DNA from: Yuukianura sp. NJ FZ-2021
Lineage: Eukaryota
Direction: 5' to 3'
Length of the DNA: 64,000 nt
Assembly: GCA_046563655.1 (NCBI GenBank)
Contig: CM102283.1
Span: 7,192,001-7,256,000, forward strand
Shown here: positions 53,872-64,000 of the stretch, piece by piece
Layout of the letters: every line of letters starts with the position of its first letter
How positions within the stretch are numbered: the first letter of the stretch is position 1
Program-made: the position numbers and the translations under genes
The notes under the pieces: model-generated
The model's input: the letters and a program-made list of their open reading frames with translations, nothing else
The model's database searches: none
What the model was told of the DNA's origin: nothing

Positions 53872-55530
53872 AGTAGAAACGTTTTCTCTTTTTAAAAAAT
53901 TTCCAACCTGTGAATTTGAAACAAGACAACATACATGAGATTTTGCCGAGTAACAAACAACTCTGGACAGGATAAAGTTACAAAAGGGTTCTGCTTTGCT
54001 CTTTAAAACTAAAAAAATGGATGGATTCCTCTCTTGTTTTGTCGTAAAAGTCAACTTTGACTTTGTGGCTTTGGTGACGACTTAAGTTGAGGAAGACATG
54101 ACACGTCTCACAATCTAGGACTAACATTAAAGGCAGTTGACTCGCTAAAACAGAAGGAGGTAAAAAAGTCAAAATTAATAACAGTTTTCACCAAAAAATA
54201 CCATGAGACTAGACCAAAATAGACAAAAAAGACGCGCCGCTCAAAAGTGTTGGTTTTTAAAAAATGAGGTTTTTCAATCTAACCTCGCACACCTTGATGG
54301 TAAAACGCCTTGAAGGCAAGAATGGTTTTTTGAAATGGAGTTAAGCGTCTTAGGAAATATCAGGAAGTGTTTCAAAATTTTGAAAAATTGGTCTGGTTTT
54401 AGTCTCATGTTGAAAAAAAATAAAACAAAGTGTTCTTCATCTTTCCTATCTTAGTACGACTACTGCGTCGATCCGGCGTAGTGTTGTGCTTGAACTTTGG
54501 TCATGGCGTGTTCCGATTTGTCCTTTGACGCAAGTTGGTCCGCCAAGAGGTGACAGGTTCAAAAATTATTCATTAAAAAAATTAAAATTACAAAAAAATT
54601 AATATAAGTATGAAAATTGAAAAAAAAAATCAGAAAAGTTACATTTTCCCCACCTCAGGTCAAGAATGCAAAAAAATGTACTGGTTAAGCTTAATGTACT
54701 AACTAAACTTGGATCTAATTTATTCATTCGTAAACTTACCACTGGTTCTAACGTTAAAGTTTAACAAACTGTTCAAAAAACCGCTGTTTAGAAAACGAAC
54801 GTTCATGCGGATCCGATCTTTAGCTATTGCATTAACTGAAAAAAAATAAACCTGACCAAAATAATGTGTAAAACTGCTAAAAGTTTTTTTGAAAAACGAA
54901 ACCATGAGGGAGGAAAAAACGTAATTTTACATCTGGGCTCCATTTGTGAACATCGGAGTGAGTTCTTGAGGCGCACAATGAATGTTTTTGTGTTTAAATT
55001 CAAAATTTTTCCGTTTGAAACTCAAAATTTTGAAAAGATTTGTTCAGCTGCTGGCAGGTTTTCAAATTTATTTTACTTTGATTATACAATTATTGGATTA
55101 CTAATTACAAAATTGTAAAACAGTTCAGTTTTTTTGGAAAGTTGTACAATTTAAATTGGAATTGATTGTAATTTTGCACTTATTGTATTGGAAGTCTGAT
55201 TATTCCTACGCGCATGCGCTGCCTGCATCGTAGAACGAATTAGTCTTACTAAAAACTGTTTTTTTAAAGTTACTTAAAAAAAATTCATTCCGTTTTTGTC
55301 AATTGGTATTTAATTAAAGTCTTATTAATTGGAATTACCTGTGTTAATTAATTTCTGGTTACAAATAAATTGGATTCTTTTGTACAAAATTGTCTTTTGA
55401 AAATTATTTTCTGAGATCAAAATTGTTTGGATTTAACTTTTCACTGGAAGACGAAGAGGTGAGGTATTCATTTCAAAATTACTTTTCCAAAAATTTTTAT
55501 TACTGTACGTTTTTTGAAAGATGATTTTTG

Positions 55531-55758
55531 TTATGGGTTTTCAGTTTCCAGTGCTTGTTCTGGTTCAGCTTCCGGAGGATTCGGAGCCTTGTCGCGTCGA
55601 GGCTTGTAGGCTTGGTAGCAGGCATCGATACATGGACGACTGACCAAGATGGCGACCAAAACGATCAGGAAAACAGCCATAGCTGTGATGACGACGCCAA
55701 ATGTGAACTGTTGTGGCTTAACGGCATGTCCAAGGAGCACTTTCGTTTTGCTGTCCAT
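55531..55758 (-). CDS. Small single-pass membrane protein, 75 aa, unknown function
   Basis: Intronless ORF with TM segment FTFGVVITAMAVFLIVLVAILV, juxtamembrane Cys and a polar tail. GC-richer than its flanks. Confidence 0.5.
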   Translation of the reverse strand: MDSKTKVLLGHAVKPQQFTFGVVITAMAVFLIVLVAILVSRPCIDACYQAYKPRRDKAPNPPEAEPEQALETENP

Positions 55759-55884
55759 CGCAGGACGAAGTCACTCTTGGCCAAAAGTAAGCCAAAAGTT
55801 CAAATTTTACTGAAACAACATTAAGTTAAAACTTTTTGTTCGTTGTTTGTACTTTTTTACGGCAAGTATAGTTGCTTCAACTGG

Positions 55885-56175
55885 TTAGTCGCTTGGAGTA
55901 CTTCCAGGACGTACCGCGACCAGAGCACTTCCAGGCCGTTCCTGGCCTTGGGCACTTCCAGGACGTTCTCTGTCTTCGTCTCTTTCTCGGCGCAGCGGAT
56001 GTCTGCGTCGAATTCTAAACCTGTAGCAAATGTACACAGTTACGCCAATGGCTACGACGAGAAGAAGAAGGATGGTGACAGAAACGAAGATCGGCTGACT
56101 GTGGATTCCCCTTTCTTGGAAAGTTGCTGTACCGCTTCGAGTCGTAGGTTGAACCGAGGGTTTAGCAGTGCTCAT
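55885..56175 (-). CDS. Small single-pass membrane protein, 96 aa, unknown function
   Basis: Intronless ORF with TM IFVSVTILLLLVVAIGVTVYICY followed by the positive-inside cluster RFRIRRR and three RPGS repeats. Confidence 0.6.
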   Translation of the reverse strand: MSTAKPSVQPTTRSGTATFQERGIHSQPIFVSVTILLLLVVAIGVTVYICYRFRIRRRHPLRRERDEDRERPGSAQGQERPGSALVAVRPGSTPSD

Positions 56176-56870
56176 CTTTAGACGCGAACAACTTGCATTT
56201 TCTAGTTAAAACGTCACGTAAAAACAGCATTCAGCATATGCTGCTGTTGAAAAATTTTATGCTGAAACTATTCGCTTTTCAAATCAATGTCACCCATTGG
56301 GGTTGTCAAGACTGCAACAATTTGGAAAAAACGGAGTCAGTTTTTAATTTGACCTGAAGTTTTTTTTTATACGAGTTTACTTAGAAAAGTATACTTTGCT
56401 TGATACAAAATTTTGAAAAAAAAAATCATCATAGCCTTTCCATGTAAACGGAGCATTTCGCCATGACTTCAGTTTTATTCTCAGTTCATTTCCTAAGCAA
56501 AATAAAACTGCTGCACTACCCAAGGTAAATAGAATACTATGGACTATGTGTGCACTACCATGAATATTACCTTTTTGAGGTTATTTTGGTTAATCGTGTT
56601 AATCGAAATAAAAAAAATTGAAATCTGAACTATCAAACACCAAAAAAAATTTACAATTGACAATGGAGTGTCGTCCTGAATAATGTGTAGTAGTTTATTT
56701 TATTTCTATAAAAAATCATACTACATATACCTAGAAATATGTGGTATGCTCGAAGACAAAGGCAACTAGGCCAAAGTTGAAAGTTGTTCAAAATTTGAAT
56801 TTTATTTTTCGAAATTTCAATGCATAATCTCAATTATTTGCCATCATGCATTATATTTTCTGTTAACTGT

Positions 56871-57259
56871 TTAAGTTGCATTGCTCTTACATTTGGACCG
56901 TTTCTGACACCAAGCACTTCCTGAAGACTCCAGAATACACTCGTAACCACGGCAACAACTAGCAGTATCCGTACAATCCTCTCCCGCACAGCCCTTCTCA
57001 ATTTAAAAAAATTATAAAAAATTGAAATTGATGTTGTTATTTTTGAAACTTAAAAGCAACTTTACCCTCCCTTTACGCAAAGCGTCATGTCCGGTGTCGG
57101 CCAAGACATCTTCGGCCAATGCAAAGCTTTTGACGTATGCGCACAAAATGACAAGAAGCGCCACGGCCGCAACAAATCCTCTACAATCCAAAAAATGAAA
57201 CAGAAATAGTTACTTAGTTATTTAGAACTTTTTAGAAGTAAGTATTTTTAGTACCTCAT
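56871..57259 (-). CDS. Secreted inhibitor-cystine-knot (knottin) prepropeptide, ~81 aa, 3 exons
   Basis: Exons 57259-57255, 57180-57066 and 56996(or 56993)-56871 with GT-AG introns give MRGFVAAVALLVILCAYVKSFALAEDVLADTGHDALRKGR-KGCAGEDCTDTASCCRGYECILESSGSAWCQKRSKCKSNAT*. AATAAA on the minus strand at 56801-56806. Confidence 0.8.
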
Positions 57260-57723
57260 GATAATGCTGATTATCAAAATATTGTCGCAGATTATTGTCG
57301 CAATACGAAATCAGAAAGTCGACGTTGATGGTGACGGTGATGGTGAGTCAAATCCTGACTTGAGTTCTTTTAGCGTTGACGGTTTTATAGCTGAACTGGG
57401 GCCACCTCCCCGGCCAATCAAATTCATCCACCAAAGCTTACTCCAGAACACAGCACAATTGAGAGCATGGAACTCCTGCAACCTAAATTCTTGACAAGTT
57501 CCGATTTTTGAACCCGAAATAAGTCTAAAAAAGTCTTTTATTTTTTTATAGTGAGAACAACGACTTGAACAATACTTTATTATTAATTTATTCAAAAACA
57601 AGAAAAGTGATATCAAAGTTTTAAAATGATTTACACTATATAAAACGGTTTTGCAGTTAGAATAGGTACCATAGGTCAAAGGTTAACGTTTAAAGTTAAC
57701 ATTACATTACCTTATTTGTTAGG

Positions 57724-59276
57724 TTAAAACTCGGTGGTAAGGTGGTCTTCAAAGTACTCTGACGATAGAGCACCCAGTGCCTTGTTGCTGAGTAGTTTGA
57801 CCATTTCGCCAACGCGTTTGGCTATTTGTGGACGAAGCTCTGCAAAAATCTCCATTCCGTTTTCATTTATGAAGTTGTTCATCACGTTCCCTAAAATTTT
57901 TAAAAACAGCCGAAAAGTTCAAAAATTCTAAACCCAACAAACCCATTTTCAATTTTTTTTACCCAGAAACTTGTCTCCGTTGAATAAATTAGTCAAACGA
58001 ACTTTCATTCCGTCAATGCCCAAGTCCAAGTTAATCGTTTTCAGTTGAAGAGATTTTCTGCCAGTAGCATTTTGTACAACTTCGAGTGACCCTTGACCTT
58101 TAGGCCGAATTCCAAGAAGATGAAGCCAAAAGTTGCCATTTCCGCCAATTGGAAACACAAACAGGTTACCTGTCAGGTCGTAGTTTCCAATCAGTTGCAT
58201 CTGGGGTATTCCCATGTCAAAGGTCAAAGTCTTTCTGCCCATGTCAACGCTACAAAATTACACCCAAAACGTAAGATTCTAAGCTGTGAGGGTTTCAAAT
58301 TTCTAGAAAATAGATTTTTTAAAATTCCATTACTTGAAATCAGCTTTTTCATACTGGGACAACCCAGTGGCTTCAACATTTGTGAATGTCGCCAGTAGTT
58401 TGATCGGTCCATTCCCATGTCTGAATCCCACAGTTTTGAGTCTCAGTGGATCCATGCCGGGTAAATTCAATTCTGGAATGCCCTCGGGCAATCGCGGTTT
58501 CAATTCCAGAAGAATTTGGCGCAGACAGACGTTCAGCTCGGCTGTGTCGCCCTTGGGACACTTTCGAATGGGACCATCCCAGTCCTTGGTCGCGAAACTC
58601 TTGTTACCCGTAGAGGCGGAATTCAAGTCACTGAAAACATCTTTAAAAAAAGCTTTTTAAATAAAAATGTTGCTTTTTTTCATTTCACAAAATAAAGTTT
58701 TAAACGAAATGTTAAATTTTATATAATTTCTTGTAATTTGTTTTTGGTTGGTTAAGCATGAGTTGCATTTAACTCTCTTGTTTAATCTAAATCAATTTTA
58801 CTTTTGGGAAGAGAGATTTTTTGAATGTGTTACTGTGTATGATTCAATCACGAACCTACTTTTCCTTTCGATAATCTTCTATCATCATTCACTTCATCTT
58901 TACATGCACTTTTAGTATTCAGGATTAACGTTAAGATTAGATTTAAAAATAAAAGTGAAACTTTTACTCCCCCCTTTAAGACATGCACCCCTGAAGATTC
59001 GAATTCCTTCGCTCAAGTGCAACAACCTTGTGGTTTTTGAAAAAAATTATTTGCAATAAATTATTGCAAATGAACGCAGAGGTGAACTTTCGGAAAATTT
59101 TGGAAAAGAGTAGGCTGCTGAATGTTAGTCTCAAAATTTTGCAAATTTTTACCTGAAATGGCTCTGGCATTTCCACGAACTTCCGACTCTTGTGGTCGAC
59201 CGAGCACTGTCGAAAACTGATTGAAGCAAAGGAGACATAGCGCTGACAAAACAAAATTTTGAAATGCAACAACCAT
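57724..59276 (-). CDS. Takeout / haemolymph juvenile-hormone-binding protein family (4 exons)
   Basis: Signal peptide MVVAFQNFVLSALCLLCF..., then IRKCPKGDTAELNVCL..LKPRLPEGIPELNLPGMDPL, GNYDLTGNLFVFPIGGNGNF, LTNLFNGDKFLG|NVMNNFINENGMEIFAELRP. Exons 59153-59276, 58334-58640, 57963-58249 and 57724-57890 are phase-consistent. Confidence 0.92.
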
Positions 59277-60869
59277 GGTTAATTTGTACAGTATTTAAAC
59301 AAGGTTAATTAATAATTATGTAAAATTAATTTGAAATTAAAAGTTTTTGGCTTTTGAAACTAAAAACTTCCTTGACCACAATGTTACAACCGCGTCGACT
59401 GATCGTGAGAACCAGACTGACCATGTAATGGTTCCTACACAATGTAAGGCTACTACAAAGGGATCCCCAACATTCAAAATGCACGTTATCACACCTTTAT
59501 AACTTATTCTTATGTCCTAGCCTTGTGTCAAGGAATTGCTAAGCACTTAAGGCGCATAATTCTTGTTAGTTACGCATTGTTACAAGTTTTATTCTCACAA
59601 AAGTCAACTGTGAGGACCCGGATCGAGATACATCGCACGTAAACTATTTTTCAAGTGACCTTGAGTTAGGGAGGGGGTCCCTCTTCAGCAAAGTCAAGCC
59701 ATCAGAGAGCTAAATCCAAACACAGAAAGTGAAAATTTCGTCAAAATTTCCGCCCCTTGTCATAAAAATGGACTTCAGCTAATCTTTTGAAAAATGAAAA
59801 TCTTAGCTTCGGGCTATAATGGTAATGGATTTGTTGTTTCGTGGAGTACAATGTGATATGAAGTGTCAAAATGATGCCAAGGGCTCTCTAAGGACTTCTG
59901 TGTCCAGGTACAAGGTCTCAGAAAAATGAAATCAAAAACAGTTCCTAAAACATAAGAATCACTTTTATGTTTACAATAATATAATGAACCTTGGCAAATA
60001 CAAAAATATGTAATCTTACCTAGTATCATCTTTATGTTTTTCAGCGTCAAGAAAAATGTAAAAGATCTAAAAGTTCTGAAATCATGTGGGATATGACAAT
60101 TACCATTTGAATCCTGCTTCCTCTTCCTATTAGATTATAATTAGATCAGAATGTAGGTGCCATAATTAACATTAACATTAATGTTTAAGCGGAAAACTTT
60201 TAAGTTGTTTTTGTACGCATTCAGCGTTATGAGCGACATCCGTTTTGCTCTAAAAACGTTGAGCAAGCTAAATGGGTGAACCGGAATTGCTTAACTGCTT
60301 TCACTTGCTAATCTGATTCAAGCAGAACCTTGGGAAATATTTTTTTTATTAATTTAACTTTCTTTTTAATTAAAGTAGTCGGTAGATTTGTTTTCAAACA
60401 TAGTTAGATTTGAAAAATTTTGAAAATGAAAAAGTGCCCTTGAACGATAAGTGTCCATCTACGATTCCTTTGTTGTCGGGGTGAAGGTAGTGAGAGTAAG
60501 AAAAATATATACAAACCAAATCATTTTGTTGTTGCGGAAATAATCGATCGAGTGACTCATTCTATTCTTTAGCATCACAAGATTATTAACCTCCAGGAAA
60601 CGGAAACATCACGACGTAGTTCCAGACCTCACCAAGCAAAATTAATTTGCAAAGGAAAGGTTTAATACCTGGGATTCGCTGATTAATAATCGACTTGTTG
60701 ATTTTGGTAAGGCTAAGCTAAGGCACAGTGAAAGGTTGATTTGTGACGTTGAGGGACAGTATATTTGGTTATTGAGATTGGAATCAGCTGATTGGAACTT
60801 TACTTTTTACTTTAGTTGGATTCGGACTATTAACTGCTAACTGCTACACTACCTGAGGACTTATCGGAA

Positions 60870-62599
60870 ATGGGAGCAGTCTTGGGAGTATGCGGTGCTG
60901 CTCAGGTTGGTTAGATTTTATATGTACGAATTCGTATGTTTTGTTGTCGTACTTTATATTATACCTTGGTGTTACAGTTGGCGTGCTGTTGTGGCAGTGC
61001 GGCGTGCAGTTTGTGCTGTTCAGCATGTCCATCTTGCAAGAACTCTACCTCTACTCGGATCATGTACGCCGTGATGCTGCTGGTTGCAACAATTACATCT
61101 TGCATAATGCTTAGTCCTGGACTACAGACGCAACTGGAGAATCACGTCCCATTCTGTGGAGAAGGAAGTCTTAATTGCAAGAATTTTGTGGGATACTTGG
61201 CCGTGTATCGAGTTCTTTTCGCTATGACTATCTTCTTTGCAACAATGGCTTGTATTATGATCGGAGTCAAGGGCTCCAAGGATCCAAGAGCAGGAATTCA
61301 AAATGGATTTTGGGCAATCAAGTATTTGGCACTCATTGGGATCACGGTGGGAGCCTTCTTCATTCCCAGCGATGGAGCATTCGGACATATTTGGATGTAC
61401 ATTGGCATGATTGGAGGCTTCATCTTTATTCTGATCCAGTTGATCTTGATCATTGACTTTGCCCATTCGTGGGCTGAAACCTGGAACGCAAAGTATGAAG
61501 AAGAGGAATCCCGTGGATGGTATGGCTGCAATATTATTGGCTTATTAGAATTGGCAGTATTGAGTGTTTGTGTTCTATTTGGTTTGTAGGTACTGCGCAC
61601 TACTTTCTTTTACGGCTCTTCATTATATTCTCATCATCACCGCTACGGTCCTGTTCTTTATGTACTACACGACGGTATGCATTTGAACTAACGTTTTGAA
61701 TGAAGCTAATTATTAATCTGTTTCTGGATTTTCTATCGTTTCAGGCCGATGGTTGTGGAGAAAACAAATTCTTCATAATCTTCACACTGCTCCTTTGCAT
61801 TGCTATGAGTGTGATCGCAATTCTGCCGAAAGTGCAAGAGAATCAACCCAGTTCTGGACTACTTCAAGCATCTGCTGTGTCACTCTATACTGTTTACTTG
61901 ACCTGGTCGGCCATGGCTAGCAATCCAGGTACACACAAAGTGCAAAGAGTTAACAAGATAACAATATGAATTACAGCAGTCGTAAGTTTATTTTTTGTAT
62001 TTTAGTTTCGTCTTGCAAACTACACATCACGAATCCCGAAGATTTGAACAAACCGCCTGGACTCGACGCACAAAGCATCATTGGATTGATCATCTGGATT
62101 GCTTGCGTGCTCTACTCCAGCATTCGAACATCATCGCAAGCCGCCCGTCTATCTCTAGCTACGAACCTGTTGAAAGATGATGGTGGGGCAACTGACGTGG
62201 AAGGAGGTCGTGCCAGCGGAGGAGCAGAAGGAACTGATGGACATAAGGAGAAAGTATGGGACAATGAAGAGGAAGAAACGGCTTACTCATGGTCAATTTT
62301 TCATGTTCTCTTTGCTTTGGCTACGCTCTACGTCATGATGACTCTGACAAATTGGTTCACGTAAGTACTTTGACTTACAAAGTAGTTTATTATGCTACTA
62401 ATCCACTTATGTTCTGACTCATTTCATTAAATTCAAACCATTTTCTTGTAGCCCTGCATCCGACTTGCAAACTTGGTCAGCCAACACATCGTCAATGTGG
62501 GTGAAAATCGTTTCGGCTTGGGTATGCGTTGCCCTTTACACTTGGACACTCGTGGCTCCAGTGTTGCTGCCGGATCGTGATTTTGGTAGAAACGACTAA
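60870..62599 (+). CDS. Serinc: Serine incorporator (Serinc/TMS1)
   Basis: [111 protein letters not shown]...[12 protein letters not shown]. Confidence 0.97.
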
Positions 62600-63097
62600 A
62601 CATGAACTACCGTTGAAGAAAGAAAACGCAACTTAACAATTTACGTTCACGTTAAACCAAAAGTAAGTTCCACGTATTGGTTCTGGTGCGTACCATTTTA
62701 TAAATTCGAGCAGTTAGACTTAAAAAGCACCAGAAATGGAGTAGAGGGCCTTCAAAAGTAAATTCATAACGCGTAATGCTGTTAGACATTAGTTTTAGAA
62801 AGTTAATGAATTAATTATCGTATACGCCACCCGTGGTTACTGGAATTCATCTGCGATTTTTCACAACCAATTTCCTATTACATTATTCTGTTTCAGTTTT
62901 TCTGTTTTTGCGAACTTATTAAAATTTAGACTATAAGTTATTGAGTTATGAGAACTTTTTGGCCGAAGCGACAACGTCTAGAAATTTTCTAGTAGTTTTT
63001 TGTTATTCGCCAATTCGAAAGACATTCATACATGATTCAAAGGCTGAGATTTAAGAAGATTGTTGGATTTGTACATGTAGATAGAAGGGAGAAGGAT

Positions 63098-63958
63098 TCA
63101 GTAGAGTATTGTGACTGGATCATGCGCTCTTGGTCTGCGACTGCTTCTCCCAGGATGTGGACTGGGACTGGGTAGGGGTGACCGAGATCTGTTGACTTCC
63201 GGCGAGGTCTCTCTGCTGGTAAATTCTTGTTCTGAAGATTTAGTAGAAAAAACTACGTTTTAGGAAATAAGTAAACTAAGTTCCACTTCCGTTTCAAATA
63301 GTTTACCTTTCTTTCGTTTTCGGAATGCGTTGAACACCAGAAGCAGTACAGCTACCAATATCAGCACCAGGCCAACTAGTGTCCAAGTTGCAGATTTGTA
63401 TACTGGAGAAGCACCTAAACATCCAGAAAAAGTTAAGCATGATGCTGGAAATGCTTAAAAGTATTGTGTACCTTCGCGATACTCTTGGGCGATTCCGTTA
63501 GGACCAGACGTGAGTTGACTCAGCGTAGGAAGCAATTCTGTCCAGAATTGTGTTCTGTAGGGTTGGTAACCTCGAGCAGTGACTCGGGCATCTCTCAACC
63601 AGTAGTGTATGGGTTCTGCTGAACTAAACTTGGCCCATGTACTCCAAGACTGTGACCGTGCTTGAGATGGGACTCCCGACTTGGCAAAGTTTGTCCAGAG
63701 TTCTTGAATCCTCATGCTAATGGTTCTCTCTACGCCATTGTAGTCTCTTCCTATTTGGTCCATGAAGGTTGATCTTCCGAAGAGATAGAAAAGGATGGAG
63801 CCATGTCCAGCTCCAGTTGTATTGACTGAACTGCTGGTGTAGATGTTTGGATCGGGTGTTTCTTGGTCAAAGACGTAGGCATATACTGGATTGGAATGTT
63901 TTGACAGAAGCTGCGCAGTGTAGATGTGTGGAGCGAGGAAGTTGGCTTCGGTAAAGAA
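63098..63958 (-). CDS. 3' part of a type I membrane-anchored carboxylesterase/cholinesterase-family protein; gene continues beyond the window
   Basis: PVYAYVFD, GAGHGSILFYLFG, ISMRIQELWTNFAKSGVP, QFWTELLP, then TM TWTLVGLVLILVAVLLLVFNAF, RKRKK and a Ser/Pro-rich cytoplasmic tail ending VTILY*. Confidence 0.85.
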
Positions 63959-64000
63959 CTAAAAAAAACGAAAAGTAGGAGTTCAAATTTCGAAAAAAAA

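Noticed and set aside
54204-54409. Possible inverted repeat catgagacta / tagtctcatg
   Set aside because: Only 10 bp match cleanly and the extension needs a gap; too weak to call an element.

Overview
Eukaryotic, AT-rich, intron-containing genomic DNA with many short (about 50-100 nt) GT-AG introns. The gene content (takeout/JHBP, an odorant-binding-protein-like gene, a cindr-like adaptor) points to an arthropod, probably a pancrustacean or hexapod; the species cannot be determined from the sequence. By splicing exons by hand I find: NMD3 (-), an LRRC74-like LRR gene (-), SKP2 (-), a Rab32/38 GTPase with a ~630-aa N-terminal extension (+), CIN85/CD2AP (+), an OBP-fold secreted protein with an acidic Thr/Gly tail (+), ANO10-like anoctamin (-), PKA inhibitor PKI (+), EFCAB1/calaxin (+), PABPC (+), two adjacent small single-TM ORFs (-), a three-exon knottin (ICK) prepropeptide absent from the ORF track (-), takeout/JHBP (-), Serinc (+), and the 3' part of a membrane-anchored carboxylesterase-family gene (-). 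There are also several MITE-like inverted-repeat elements and minisatellites. The best leads are the hidden knottin, an unassigned ~390-nt structured RNA candidate ending in a U-tract downstream of PABP, a G-U-supported three-way-junction structure in PABP intron 1, a CRE-carrying MITE upstream of PKI, the possibly bicistronic micro-membrane-protein pair, and the tailed OBP. All exon models and pairings were read by eye; no database searches were run.
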